Origin: a bacterium
Lineage (GTDB): Bacteria > DUMJ01
Assembly: GCA_049970495.1 (NCBI GenBank)
Contig: JBMFMV010000039.1
Coordinates: forward strand, 1-17,696
DNA: 17,696 nt
Direction of reading: 5' to 3'
The translations under genes and the position numbers were made by a program. Of this stretch, positions 9,240 through 17,204 are shown one piece after another; within the stretch, counting starts at the first letter, position 1; every line of letters begins with the position of its first letter. Below the pieces are notes generated by a model, which ran no database searches, was not told the DNA's origin, and saw only the letters and a list, made by a program, of their open reading frames with translations.

Positions 9240-9728
9240 AACCTCTTGTAATCTCACTTCTATTTACAACCTTATTATATCTCACCCCCACAGCCCAACC
9301 CCTTGATTTTTAATCCTAGGACAAGGAGGCGATCACTATGCTAAAATCGCAACACTGGTCACAGCATTCATTATACCAGAAAAATCTTCTCAATTCACTC
9401 AAAGTCCTCTACTTCCTATAATGATAGAGTTAAAGAATACTCTGGGCTTATAGATGTAAGAGACGTTTCTCCGATCCTTCAGCTAGATAGGGTTTGGGAT
9501 ATGGAGGATAGCTTTTGTATGTATTAGCATCCATCTAGACGCAAAGCATAAGAGAGACTACAAGAAAGGCCTCTTAGTAGCTAATTGTTCTTTTTACTCC
9601 AATATTCTACTTTTAAGGTGCGTTCCCCTTCTTTATAGGCTCCTATAGCCTGGGGATACTATCTTCATAATAAATCTATCTATATTTTACCCCCCCACAT
9701 TTGTCAAGGGGAGTTTTCGAGAGGCTAC
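9219..9728 (+). mobile_element. Internally deleted, non-autonomous IS remnant (510 bp, DDE/ISNCY-like)
   Basis: Imperfect terminal inverted repeats GTAGATTTTCGGAAACTC (9219-9236) and GAGTTTTCGAGAGGCTAC (9711-9728) match at 14/18. Inside: AAGGAGG RBS and ATG 9338 giving MLKSQHWSQHSLYQKNLLNSLKVLYFL*, a shifted continuation YNDRVKEYSGLI, then a C-terminal-like fragment WRIAFVCISIHLDA (9502-9543). These resemble the two ends of a Firmicutes DDE transposase family as I recall it. Confidence 0.68.
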
Positions 9729-9764
9729 GAATAAAATATAAAGACTTACAAAATATTGTCAACT

Positions 9765-9789
9765 TCTATTTAGACAATCCCTAAATAGA
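9765..9789. terminator. Hairpin, possibly the original copA terminator
   Basis: TCTATTTAG (9765-9773) / CTAAATAGA (9781-9789), a perfect but AT-rich 9-bp stem with a 7-nt loop. Confidence 0.35.
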
Positions 9790-9791
9790 TT

Positions 9792-10003
9792 CCTATATTC
9801 CGCAGGTATCGTATAATGAATTAAAGATTTCTCTTTTTGAGAAAAATAGGAATATAGAATTGAAAGCTACTGATGAAAATTATAGAGGATATGAAGATGA
9901 CTACCGAAATCTTAACCATCTGGACATAGATGCAGGTGCCTTTGACAAGTTAGGCATTCTAGGAGTCATAGAAAAGAAGATATCTAAGAAACAGACAAGG
10001 TGA
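9792..10003 (+). pseudogene. IS1634-family transposase 5' remnant with its left terminus
   Basis: CCTATATTCCGCAGGT (9792-9807) resembles IS1634-type ends. ATG 9891/9897 gives (MK)MTTE; after a 1-nt frameshift near 9906-9908 it continues NLNHLDIDAGAFDKLGILGVIEKKISKKQTR*, similar to the DUF4277/IS1634 N-terminal consensus LdHLGivAg..d.LGi...Id..i. Confidence 0.65.
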
Positions 10004-10073
10004 AAATATTATAATTGAAAATGACAACTATGGGATCATACTCTTATTTAGCACTTTCTTATGGTGATAAAAC

Positions 10074-10913
10074 CTATTTACCCTCTATTGCTCCTCTCAT
10101 AGGGATAAAGTAGACACCCATATCTCTCCTTGAATGAACCTTGCCATTCTTGTCTTTAGTGTACACATATAGGAACTGTCCCTTCTTGAAAGGCTGGCCT
10201 ATAGGAACAATTAACCTGCCATTTGGTTTTAGCTGTTTAAGAAGCTCAGGAGAAACATAAGGAGCTGCACAGGTAACGATTATAATGTCAAATCCCCCCT
10301 TAACATCTGCCCACCCATAGTATCCATCTCCAACCTTTGTATGGACATTGCTATACCCTAAAGGTTTAAATATTTTAGAGACTGCATCTCCAAGTGGCTT
10401 GATTATCTCAATCGAATATACCTCTTTGCAGATCCTTGAGAAGATTGCTATCTGATACCCACTACCTGTTCCTATCTCTAGCACCACATCATCCGGTTTC
10501 GGCTGGGATAACTGAGTCATATATGCCTGCCCTAGATAATCACTCAGAACCGAACCATATCCTATGCTCCAATGTTGAGCAGGTACCTCGTAGGCGTTAT
10601 CTCCAAAGAATTTTTTATACTGATAATTATACTGAAAATATTCCCTTGGAACCTCTCTGAATGCCTTTAGGACTAAAGGGTCTGCATTTCCAAACTTTTC
10701 GGTAAGATATCTTTTTATTTCTGCTAAAGCCCTTTCCTTTCTCTTCTGGATATTATCAAAGTCGGATGTTGAAATACTAACATCTCTACCACTTTCTTTC
10801 ATTGCCTTTATAAAGACTGAATAATTCCAACCTTCCCCTGCTGCACATTCAAAACCAAAAGGAATCAAAAGGAGCAAAAATAAAAAGACCTGTAGATAAA
10901 ATCTTCGTTTCAT
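10074..10913 (-). CDS. pcm: Protein-L-isoaspartate O-methyltransferase (PCMT/PIMT) homologue with predicted signal peptide
   Basis: 279 aa. AFREVPREYF, VLEIGTGSGYQ (SAM motif I), VYSIEI, GDGYYGW, FDIIIVTCAA, QLKPNGRLIVPIG and VYFIPM. The N-terminus MKRRFYLQVFLFLLLLIPFGFECAA looks like a Sec signal. Confidence 0.85.
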   Translation of the reverse strand: MKRRFYLQVFLFLLLLIPFGFECAAGEGWNYSVFIKAMKESGRDVSISTSDFDNIQKRKERALAEIKRYLTEKFGNADPLVLKAFREVPREYFQYNYQYKKFFGDNAYEVPAQHWSIGYGSVLSDYLGQAYMTQLSQPKPDDVVLEIGTGSGYQIAIFSRICKEVYSIEIIKPLGDAVSKIFKPLGYSNVHTKVGDGYYGWADVKGGFDIIIVTCAAPYVSPELLKQLKPNGRLIVPIGQPFKKGQFLYVYTKDKNGKVHSRRDMGVYFIPMRGAIEGK

Positions 10914-10931
10914 ATATCCCTCCTAATTCTA

Positions 10932-13370
10932 TTATATATAATCTCTCTCTGGAAATGTTAGAAGAGACACAAGATATAGAAAGATAGACAATACGAGTAC
11001 TAGTCTATATCCATAAAAGATAGAGAGTACATTAGCTAATGGGGTTCCAATGACAGAAAATGCCCCATTAATACTAAGAGCCCAAGGCAAAAGGCGATTC
11101 TTATCTCCTACAAAAGTCGAAAGTCCTAGAGGAAAAGGAAACCCCATAAAGAAAGATAGTGGTGCCACCAAAGATACTATAGAGACAAGTTTAAAGGCAA
11201 GGGGAACGTCCATCAGATGGATAAGAATCTTATCTAAGAACATAGTATAGAATAAAAGCAGTAAAACGATGGCACTTATGGCTATACCTACTCCCTTTAA
11301 CGGATTGCCTATATACTTTTGAGAATAGTAACTTCCAAATCCAGAGAAGAATAACATAGAAGCCAGAACTACTGCAAATGAAGAGGTATAGTCATTCAAC
11401 ACCAGAGACATCTTATCGAACAGCAGTATTTCAATAAACATAAACACTAGTCCAAGACTTAAGAAGTACAATATTTCGTTAAACAGCAATCTCTTTGTCC
11501 TTAGAGTTCTTATCTCCTTTATTAAGGGAAGGAATAGTATAAAAAGGGCAAAAATAATAGATTGAATGATTACACCAAAATTAACCAAGAAACCTATCTC
11601 CTCTCTAGGTAAAAGGGCAATTAATCTTAGTACTTCCCTCAGTCTTTTTAGATTGATAGTAAAAAAGAAGTTTGGTCTATTAAAAGAAGAAGGGGCAATA
11701 TTAAATAGGTCAGAGAAGGAAAAATATCTGGTGTTAAAGAATAGAACCTTTTGGATATCATCCATAAGAGAATCCTGGGGGGACGAGGTCTTAGTCTGAG
11801 GGAAGATTGGAGGTAGGTCATTCCATATGGTCTTGATACCCTTGGGATTAATCCCAGGATAATAGGATGTATCAAAGGAACGAGCATAACAAAAATCCTT
11901 AAGCCTCTGTATATCCTTGGTATCAAATGGAGATCTGCTGACTAGTACTCTAGCATTCCAGGATGCCCTATAAACTAATATACAATTCTCGGGGGATACT
12001 ACCCCTAAAGACCTTAGAACCTCCATAGCAGTATTTACAATCTTAAGAGCATATACTGTAGACTCACTAATAGAGACCGGAATAGAGAGGATACCACCTT
12101 CTTTCAAATGGGTAAGATACAGAGAGAATGCCTCTTTAGTAAAGGCATACTTGTTAGCTGTACTCTGATTTAGGAAATCAGTAGATATATCTATAATATC
12201 AAAATATGCCTGATTTCTTACCAAGAAGGAGATAGGTGAATCTCTATATATCTTTACTCTATTATTCCTACTTAACTCATCAAACCTTTTCACATAGGAA
12301 CTTATAACATCATCAGAATCTAAGGCGATGATTGAAGTACTGTTTGATGTTAATACCTCCTTAATCCTAAATCCCCCATGACTTCCGATTAAAAGCACTG
12401 AAGGGTCATTTTTTAGAAGATATGGGAATAAATCTAGAGAAGCATTAAGATAAGAGGTATCTAAATGACCCTCTTTAATGAGAGTGGTTAACCTATTTCC
12501 ATCCCTGTAAAGGCCGTATCCAATTGGATACCCCTTGACCTTAAGGAGAGCATAATCATTGGAAAGTTCCTCATCAAGCCTCTCTGTATAGTTATCTAGG
12601 ATTAAATAGTATCCTTTTGGGGATTTAATCTTAGAAATAATCCTATTATTTTCCACATGCAGTGGGGCATAGATAGCCTTATACTCACAAAAATCAGCCC
12701 TATTATAGAATATTATCCCTGCCTCTGAGAGGATAAAGAGAATAAACAGAGCAAAATATAATCCTCCTCTATTCCTCTTTGTAAAGAGTCTAATATTTAA
12801 AATAGAGACCAGAAGTAGAAATGGTATAATAGCACTTAAAAGATAGAATGGATGAATAAAATACATAAATACCAGGATCAAAATAGAACCAACCCCTGCA
12901 CCAATTAGGTCAGCTGCATATATCCTATTAGTGCCACTATAGAGAATAAGATAGTTCAATCCAATATAGAGCCCAACTAAAACAAAGACTGGGAATATCG
13001 CGAGATAGTACTTCCCAATATTAACAATCTGGTTCATCCATACATCTGGATTCTGAAGCTCCAAAGGATTGAACGGATTTATAGAGATAAAATAGAAGGA
13101 TAGAGGAAATAACACCATCAGAACGGTCGGAATTATTAACAGTGTCTTCTGATAAGACCTCAAAAAGAAGCCTTTAAAGAGATATAAGATAATACTCCCC
13201 AAAGAATAACCAACCATAGTAATAGATACAACCAAGTAGCCGTACTCTTCCCATTTAGAGATAGCAAAGAATCTATTCAGAGAGGTTTCAAAATAGATAG
13301 AGGATGCAGAAACAAAAAATATAGAAATAAGCAAGGATCGCTCAACTATACCGTCTCTTTTATTATTCAT
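10932..13370 (-). CDS. Multi-pass membrane protein with a central spermidine-synthase-like (class I SAM-binding) domain
   Basis: 812 aa. About 7 N-terminal and 6-7 C-terminal hydrophobic segments (IYAADLIGAGVG, LGLVFMFIEI, FFMGFPFPLG, WALSINGAFSVIG) flank a soluble domain with VLLIGSHGG, FDIIDIS, FTKEAF..YL.HLKEGGILSI. Confidence 0.8.
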   Translation of the reverse strand: MNNKRDGIVERSLLISIFFVSASSIYFETSLNRFFAISKWEEYGYLVVSITMVGYSLGSIILYLFKGFFLRSYQKTLLIIPTVLMVLFPLSFYFISINPFNPLELQNPDVWMNQIVNIGKYYLAIFPVFVLVGLYIGLNYLILYSGTNRIYAADLIGAGVGSILILVFMYFIHPFYLLSAIIPFLLLVSILNIRLFTKRNRGGLYFALFILFILSEAGIIFYNRADFCEYKAIYAPLHVENNRIISKIKSPKGYYLILDNYTERLDEELSNDYALLKVKGYPIGYGLYRDGNRLTTLIKEGHLDTSYLNASLDLFPYLLKNDPSVLLIGSHGGFRIKEVLTSNSTSIIALDSDDVISSYVKRFDELSRNNRVKIYRDSPISFLVRNQAYFDIIDISTDFLNQSTANKYAFTKEAFSLYLTHLKEGGILSIPVSISESTVYALKIVNTAMEVLRSLGVVSPENCILVYRASWNARVLVSRSPFDTKDIQRLKDFCYARSFDTSYYPGINPKGIKTIWNDLPPIFPQTKTSSPQDSLMDDIQKVLFFNTRYFSFSDLFNIAPSSFNRPNFFFTINLKRLREVLRLIALLPREEIGFLVNFGVIIQSIIFALFILFLPLIKEIRTLRTKRLLFNEILYFLSLGLVFMFIEILLFDKMSLVLNDYTSSFAVVLASMLFFSGFGSYYSQKYIGNPLKGVGIAISAIVLLLLFYTMFLDKILIHLMDVPLAFKLVSIVSLVAPLSFFMGFPFPLGLSTFVGDKNRLLPWALSINGAFSVIGTPLANVLSIFYGYRLVLVLSIFLYLVSLLTFPERDYI

Positions 13371-13479
13371 AAACCTTCTCCTTCATTTGTCCTTCATATA
13401 ATGGAAATATAATTTCTATAGTAGTACAATTGTAGCAGATCAAAGATGAAAAATAAATGAATATGGGAAGGCGTTTAGG

Positions 13480-14490
13480 ATGAGTGATAAATTGTTTAAT
13501 ATGTCTATTATTATCTGTATATCAGTATTATTGGCACTAGCCATTGGGGTTAAAGTTTATAATGAAATAACTACTATAAGTATAAGGGATTGGAACTATC
13601 ACTCTCTCCAAAGGATAGATAGAACAAGGAAGATCTTTTCTTTTATTGTATTTGGAGACAACAAAAACTCAGGGAGAATCTTTAATGAACTTATAGATAG
13701 AATAAATAAGGAAGATGTTTTATTCTCTATAGACAACGGAGACCTAGTTTTTGTAGGAAGAGAAGAAAACTTTGAATTATTCTTAAAACAGGCAAAAAGA
13801 TTAAACAAGCCCTTACTAACTGTTATAGGGAATCACGAACTATTGTTGGATGGGAGAGGAAACTACTATAAGATCTTTGGTCCATTCTACTACTCATTTA
13901 CAGTAGGGGACTGCTATTTTATCGTATTAGATGATGCTAATGGGAAGAATCTGGGACCTTGGCAGAAAGAATGGCTGAAAGAAGAACTAGAAAAAAGTCT
14001 TAGCTATAAATACAGGTTTATATTTATGCATATACCACTGTTTGTTCCAGACAAAAAGTTAAAGAGGAGTGATGCCCTAACAGATTCGAACTCTGCCAAA
14101 GAATTAAGTAATCTGTTTGACAGGTATAACGTTACTATGGTCTTTGCCTCTCACATTCACGCATACTATAGGGGATTCTGGGGAAAGACACCTTATATCA
14201 TCACAGGTGGCGCTGGAGCAGAACTGATTGGTGCCAATCCAGTGCATGATTTCTATCACTATATAAAGGTATCTGTACTACCTGATGGTATAAAATACGA
14301 TCTTATCAAACTCAAAAGCCCTCCACTTAGAATGATAGACAGATGGCTCTACGATGGATGGATATACATTTATCTATTGCTCGGACTTTACTCTTGGGAT
14401 ATTATACTAATTCTAGCCATTCTCTACCTTGCCTTTTATATCATCTTTATAAAGAAGAAGTGGCTTATTTGGAATATTAAGAAGGGCTAG
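13480..14490 (+). CDS. Membrane-anchored calcineurin-like metallophosphoesterase
   Basis: 336 aa. Motifs FGDN, NGDLV, GNHE, FMHIP, ASHIH and YIITGGAG; one N-terminal and one or two C-terminal hydrophobic helices. Confidence 0.87.
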   Translation: MSDKLFNMSIIICISVLLALAIGVKVYNEITTISIRDWNYHSLQRIDRTRKIFSFIVFGDNKNSGRIFNELIDRINKEDVLFSIDNGDLVFVGREENFELFLKQAKRLNKPLLTVIGNHELLLDGRGNYYKIFGPFYYSFTVGDCYFIVLDDANGKNLGPWQKEWLKEELEKSLSYKYRFIFMHIPLFVPDKKLKRSDALTDSNSAKELSNLFDRYNVTMVFASHIHAYYRGFWGKTPYIITGGAGAELIGANPVHDFYHYIKVSVLPDGIKYDLIKLKSPPLRMIDRWLYDGWIYIYLLLGLYSWDIILILAILYLAFYIIFIKKKWLIWNIKKG

Positions 14491-14505
14491 GTAATATAGT
14501 ATAAT
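14477..14505 (+). promoter_or_regulatory. Sigma70-type promoter candidate for nrdD-dcd-nrdG
   Basis: TTAAGA (14477-14482)-N17-TATAAT (14500-14505), 40 nt upstream of the nrdD ATG, which has a GGAGG RBS. Confidence 0.45.
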
Positions 14506-14545
14506 GATATAGTAGTCTAACATAAAGGTAAAACTGGAGGAAGGT

Positions 14546-16639
14546 ATGTTTAGAGAGATTAGAAAGCGAGATGGAAGGATAGTTAAGTTTGATGCTAGTA
14601 AGATAACAAATGCAATTGCTAAAGCAGGTGCGGCAACTGGAGAATTTGGTAGAGATATAGCTGAGAGGTTAACCTTAAAAGTTTTGAGTCTAGCAGAGGA
14701 GGTAATAAAGGACGAAATACCTACAGTAGAAGAGATACAGGATGTTGTAGAGGAGGTACTTTTAGACTCTCCCTATAGAAAAACCGCTAAGGCATATATA
14801 CTCTATAGGGATCAGCATGCTAAGATCAGAGAGATATCTGCTAAAGCCAATGTGGACCTTGTCGACCAGTATTTAGAGAAGATTGACTGGCAGGTCCAAG
14901 AGAACAGTAATATGACCTTTTCCCTTCAAGGACTTAACAATTATATATCCTCAGAGATAAGCAAGATATACTGGTTAAACAAGATATATCCGCCTGAGAT
15001 TAGAAATGCCCATCTTAATGGAGATTTTCATATACATGACCTTAATAGCCTTTCGGTCTACTGTGTTGGCTGGGATTTACAGGATTTATTAATAGAAGGT
15101 TTTAGGGGAGTTCCAGGTAAGGCTGAAAGTAAACCTGCCAAACATTTTAGAAGTGCATTAGGACAGATAGTCAACTTCTTCTATACCCTTCAAGGGGAAG
15201 CAGCTGGAGCACAGGCTTTTTCAAATTTTGATACACTACTAGCCCCCTTCATAAGATCTGATGATCTTAGTTATAAAGATGTAAAACAAGCTCTACAGGA
15301 ATTCATATTCAACACCAATGTCTCGACAAGGACAGGGTTTCAGACGCCCTTTACCAATCTTACATTTGACCTGAAAGTCCCTCAATTCATGAAGGATCAG
15401 CCTGTAATTATTGGTGGAGTATCTCAGTCCGCTACATATGGAGAATTTCAAGATGAGATAGATATGCTTAATAAAGCATTCCTAGAGGTCATGTTAGAGG
15501 GGGATGCCAAAGGCAGGGTATTTACTTTTCCTATACCTACCTACAGTATTACCAAAGACTTTGATTGGGATAACCCAAATCTTGATCTTCTTTGGGAGGT
15601 TACGGCTAAGTATGGAATTCCATACTTCTCTAACTTTATAAACTCTGATATGAAACCTGAAGATGTAAGAAGTATGTGCTGTAGGTTAAGGTTGAATAAT
15701 CGTGAACTTCAAAAACGTGGAGGTGGTCTCTTTGGTGCAAATCCTCTTACCGGTTCTATAGGTGTAGTTACCATAAATATGCCTAGACTAGGATATCTAT
15801 CAAACAGTCAGGATGAATTTTTTGAAAGACTTGATAGAATTATGAATCTTGCTAAGGAGAGCCTAGAAATTAAGAGAAAAGTCCTTGAAAGGTTTACAGA
15901 GAGAGACCTATATCCCTACTCTAAATTCTACCTTAGAGAGATAAAGAAACGTTTTGGAGAATATTGGAAGAATCACTTCTCGACCATAGGACTTATAGGG
16001 ATGAATGAGGCATGTCTAAATCTCTTGGGTGTAGATATAGGGACAGAAGAAGGGAAAGAATTTACTAAAAAGGTACTCTCATTTATGAGAAAAAAGTTAA
16101 TTGAATTCCAAGAGGAAACTGGTAATATCTACAACTTAGAGGCTACTCCTGGAGAAGGAACTTCTTATAGGTTAGCTAGGATAGACAAGGATAAGTATCC
16201 AGATATTATATGTGCTAATGAGAAAGAGTTCAGAGAGTTTTCCGCCGAACCTTTCTATACGAACTCAACCCAGCTCCCTGTAAATTATACTGATGACATC
16301 TTCTACGCCCTTGATCTACAGGATGAAATACAGACTATGTATACAGGAGGAACCGTACTTCACATATTTGTTGGAGAAAGGATAGAAGACCCTAATAGTG
16401 TAAAGTATCTGATAAAGAAGATCTGTGAGAACTATAGACTTCCTTACATAACAATAACGCCAACATTTAGTGTGTGTCCAAGTCACGGATATATTGCCGG
16501 AGAATACTCTTTATGTCCAAGATGTGGTGCAGAAACAGAAGTCTATTCGCGAGTTGTTGGTTATTTAAGACCTGTAAAACAGTGGAATAGAGGAAAACAG
16601 GAAGAGTTTAAATTGAGAAAAACATTTAGCGTTAGATAG
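14546..16639 (+). CDS. nrdD: Anaerobic (class III) ribonucleoside-triphosphate reductase
   Basis: 697 aa. N-terminal ATP cone (IRKRDGRIVKFDASKI), GDFHIHDL, finger loop RSMCCRL, metal site CPSH...CPRC and glycyl-radical motif YSRVVGYLRP. Confidence 0.96.
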   Translation: MFREIRKRDGRIVKFDASKITNAIAKAGAATGEFGRDIAERLTLKVLSLAEEVIKDEIPTVEEIQDVVEEVLLDSPYRKTAKAYILYRDQHAKIREISAKANVDLVDQYLEKIDWQVQENSNMTFSLQGLNNYISSEISKIYWLNKIYPPEIRNAHLNGDFHIHDLNSLSVYCVGWDLQDLLIEGFRGVPGKAESKPAKHFRSALGQIVNFFYTLQGEAAGAQAFSNFDTLLAPFIRSDDLSYKDVKQALQEFIFNTNVSTRTGFQTPFTNLTFDLKVPQFMKDQPVIIGGVSQSATYGEFQDEIDMLNKAFLEVMLEGDAKGRVFTFPIPTYSITKDFDWDNPNLDLLWEVTAKYGIPYFSNFINSDMKPEDVRSMCCRLRLNNRELQKRGGGLFGANPLTGSIGVVTINMPRLGYLSNSQDEFFERLDRIMNLAKESLEIKRKVLERFTERDLYPYSKFYLREIKKRFGEYWKNHFSTIGLIGMNEACLNLLGVDIGTEEGKEFTKKVLSFMRKKLIEFQEETGNIYNLEATPGEGTSYRLARIDKDKYPDIICANEKEFREFSAEPFYTNSTQLPVNYTDDIFYALDLQDEIQTMYTGGTVLHIFVGERIEDPNSVKYLIKKICENYRLPYITITPTFSVCPSHGYIAGEYSLCPRCGAETEVYSRVVGYLRPVKQWNRGKQEEFKLRKTFSVR

Positions 16640-16648
16640 GAGGAAGGG

Positions 16649-17203
16649 ATGGGGATAAAATCTGATAGATGGATCAAAAGGATGGCAAAAGATTACAGGA
16701 TGATAGAACCCTTTTGTCCCGAACTTGTAAGTGATGGGAAGATATCCTATGGAATCTCGTCATATGGATATGATGTGAGAGTAGATAATAAATTTAAGAT
16801 ATTTACCAATATAAATAGTACTATTGTAGACCCAAAAAACTTTGATAGTAAATCTTTTGTTGATGTAGAATCAGACGTATGCATAATACCTCCAAATTCT
16901 TTTGCTCTAGCTAAATCTGTTGAGTATTTTAGAATTCCAAGAAATGTTATTGTCATATGTATTGGAAAGTCCACGTATGCTAGGTGTGGGATAATTGTTA
17001 ACGTCACCCCTCTTGAACCAGAATGGGAAGGATATATAACATTAGAGATATCAAACACAACACCTCTTCCAGCTAAGATATATGCATATGAAGGTTTGGC
17101 TCAACTCTTATTCTTTGAGGCAGATGAGATTTGCGAGATTTCTTATTCGGATAGAAGGGGTAAGTATAATAGACAGACGGACCTGACTCTACCTAAGGTC
17201 TAA
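16649..17203 (+). CDS. dcd: dCTP deaminase
   Basis: 184 aa. [47 protein letters not shown] and YSDRRGKY. Confidence 0.95.
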   Translation: MGIKSDRWIKRMAKDYRMIEPFCPELVSDGKISYGISSYGYDVRVDNKFKIFTNINSTIVDPKNFDSKSFVDVESDVCIIPPNSFALAKSVEYFRIPRNVIVICIGKSTYARCGIIVNVTPLEPEWEGYITLEISNTTPLPAKIYAYEGLAQLLFFEADEICEISYSDRRGKYNRQTDLTLPKV

Positions 17204-17204
17204 C

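Noticed and set aside
9785..10003. 72-codon stop-to-stop open frame as a stand-alone small gene
   Set aside because: It has no in-frame ATG with an RBS and is better explained as a frameshifted IS1634-like remnant.
14494..14514. ATATAGTA direct repeat upstream of nrdD as possible NrdR boxes
   Set aside because: Only the right half of the 16-bp NrdR consensus matches, and the 13-bp spacing is too short for two tandem boxes.
10436..17058. Small ORFs 10436..10660, 11050..11250, 11566..11799, 11648..11926, 13599..13808 and 16747..17058
   Set aside because: They are shadow frames inside larger well-supported genes.
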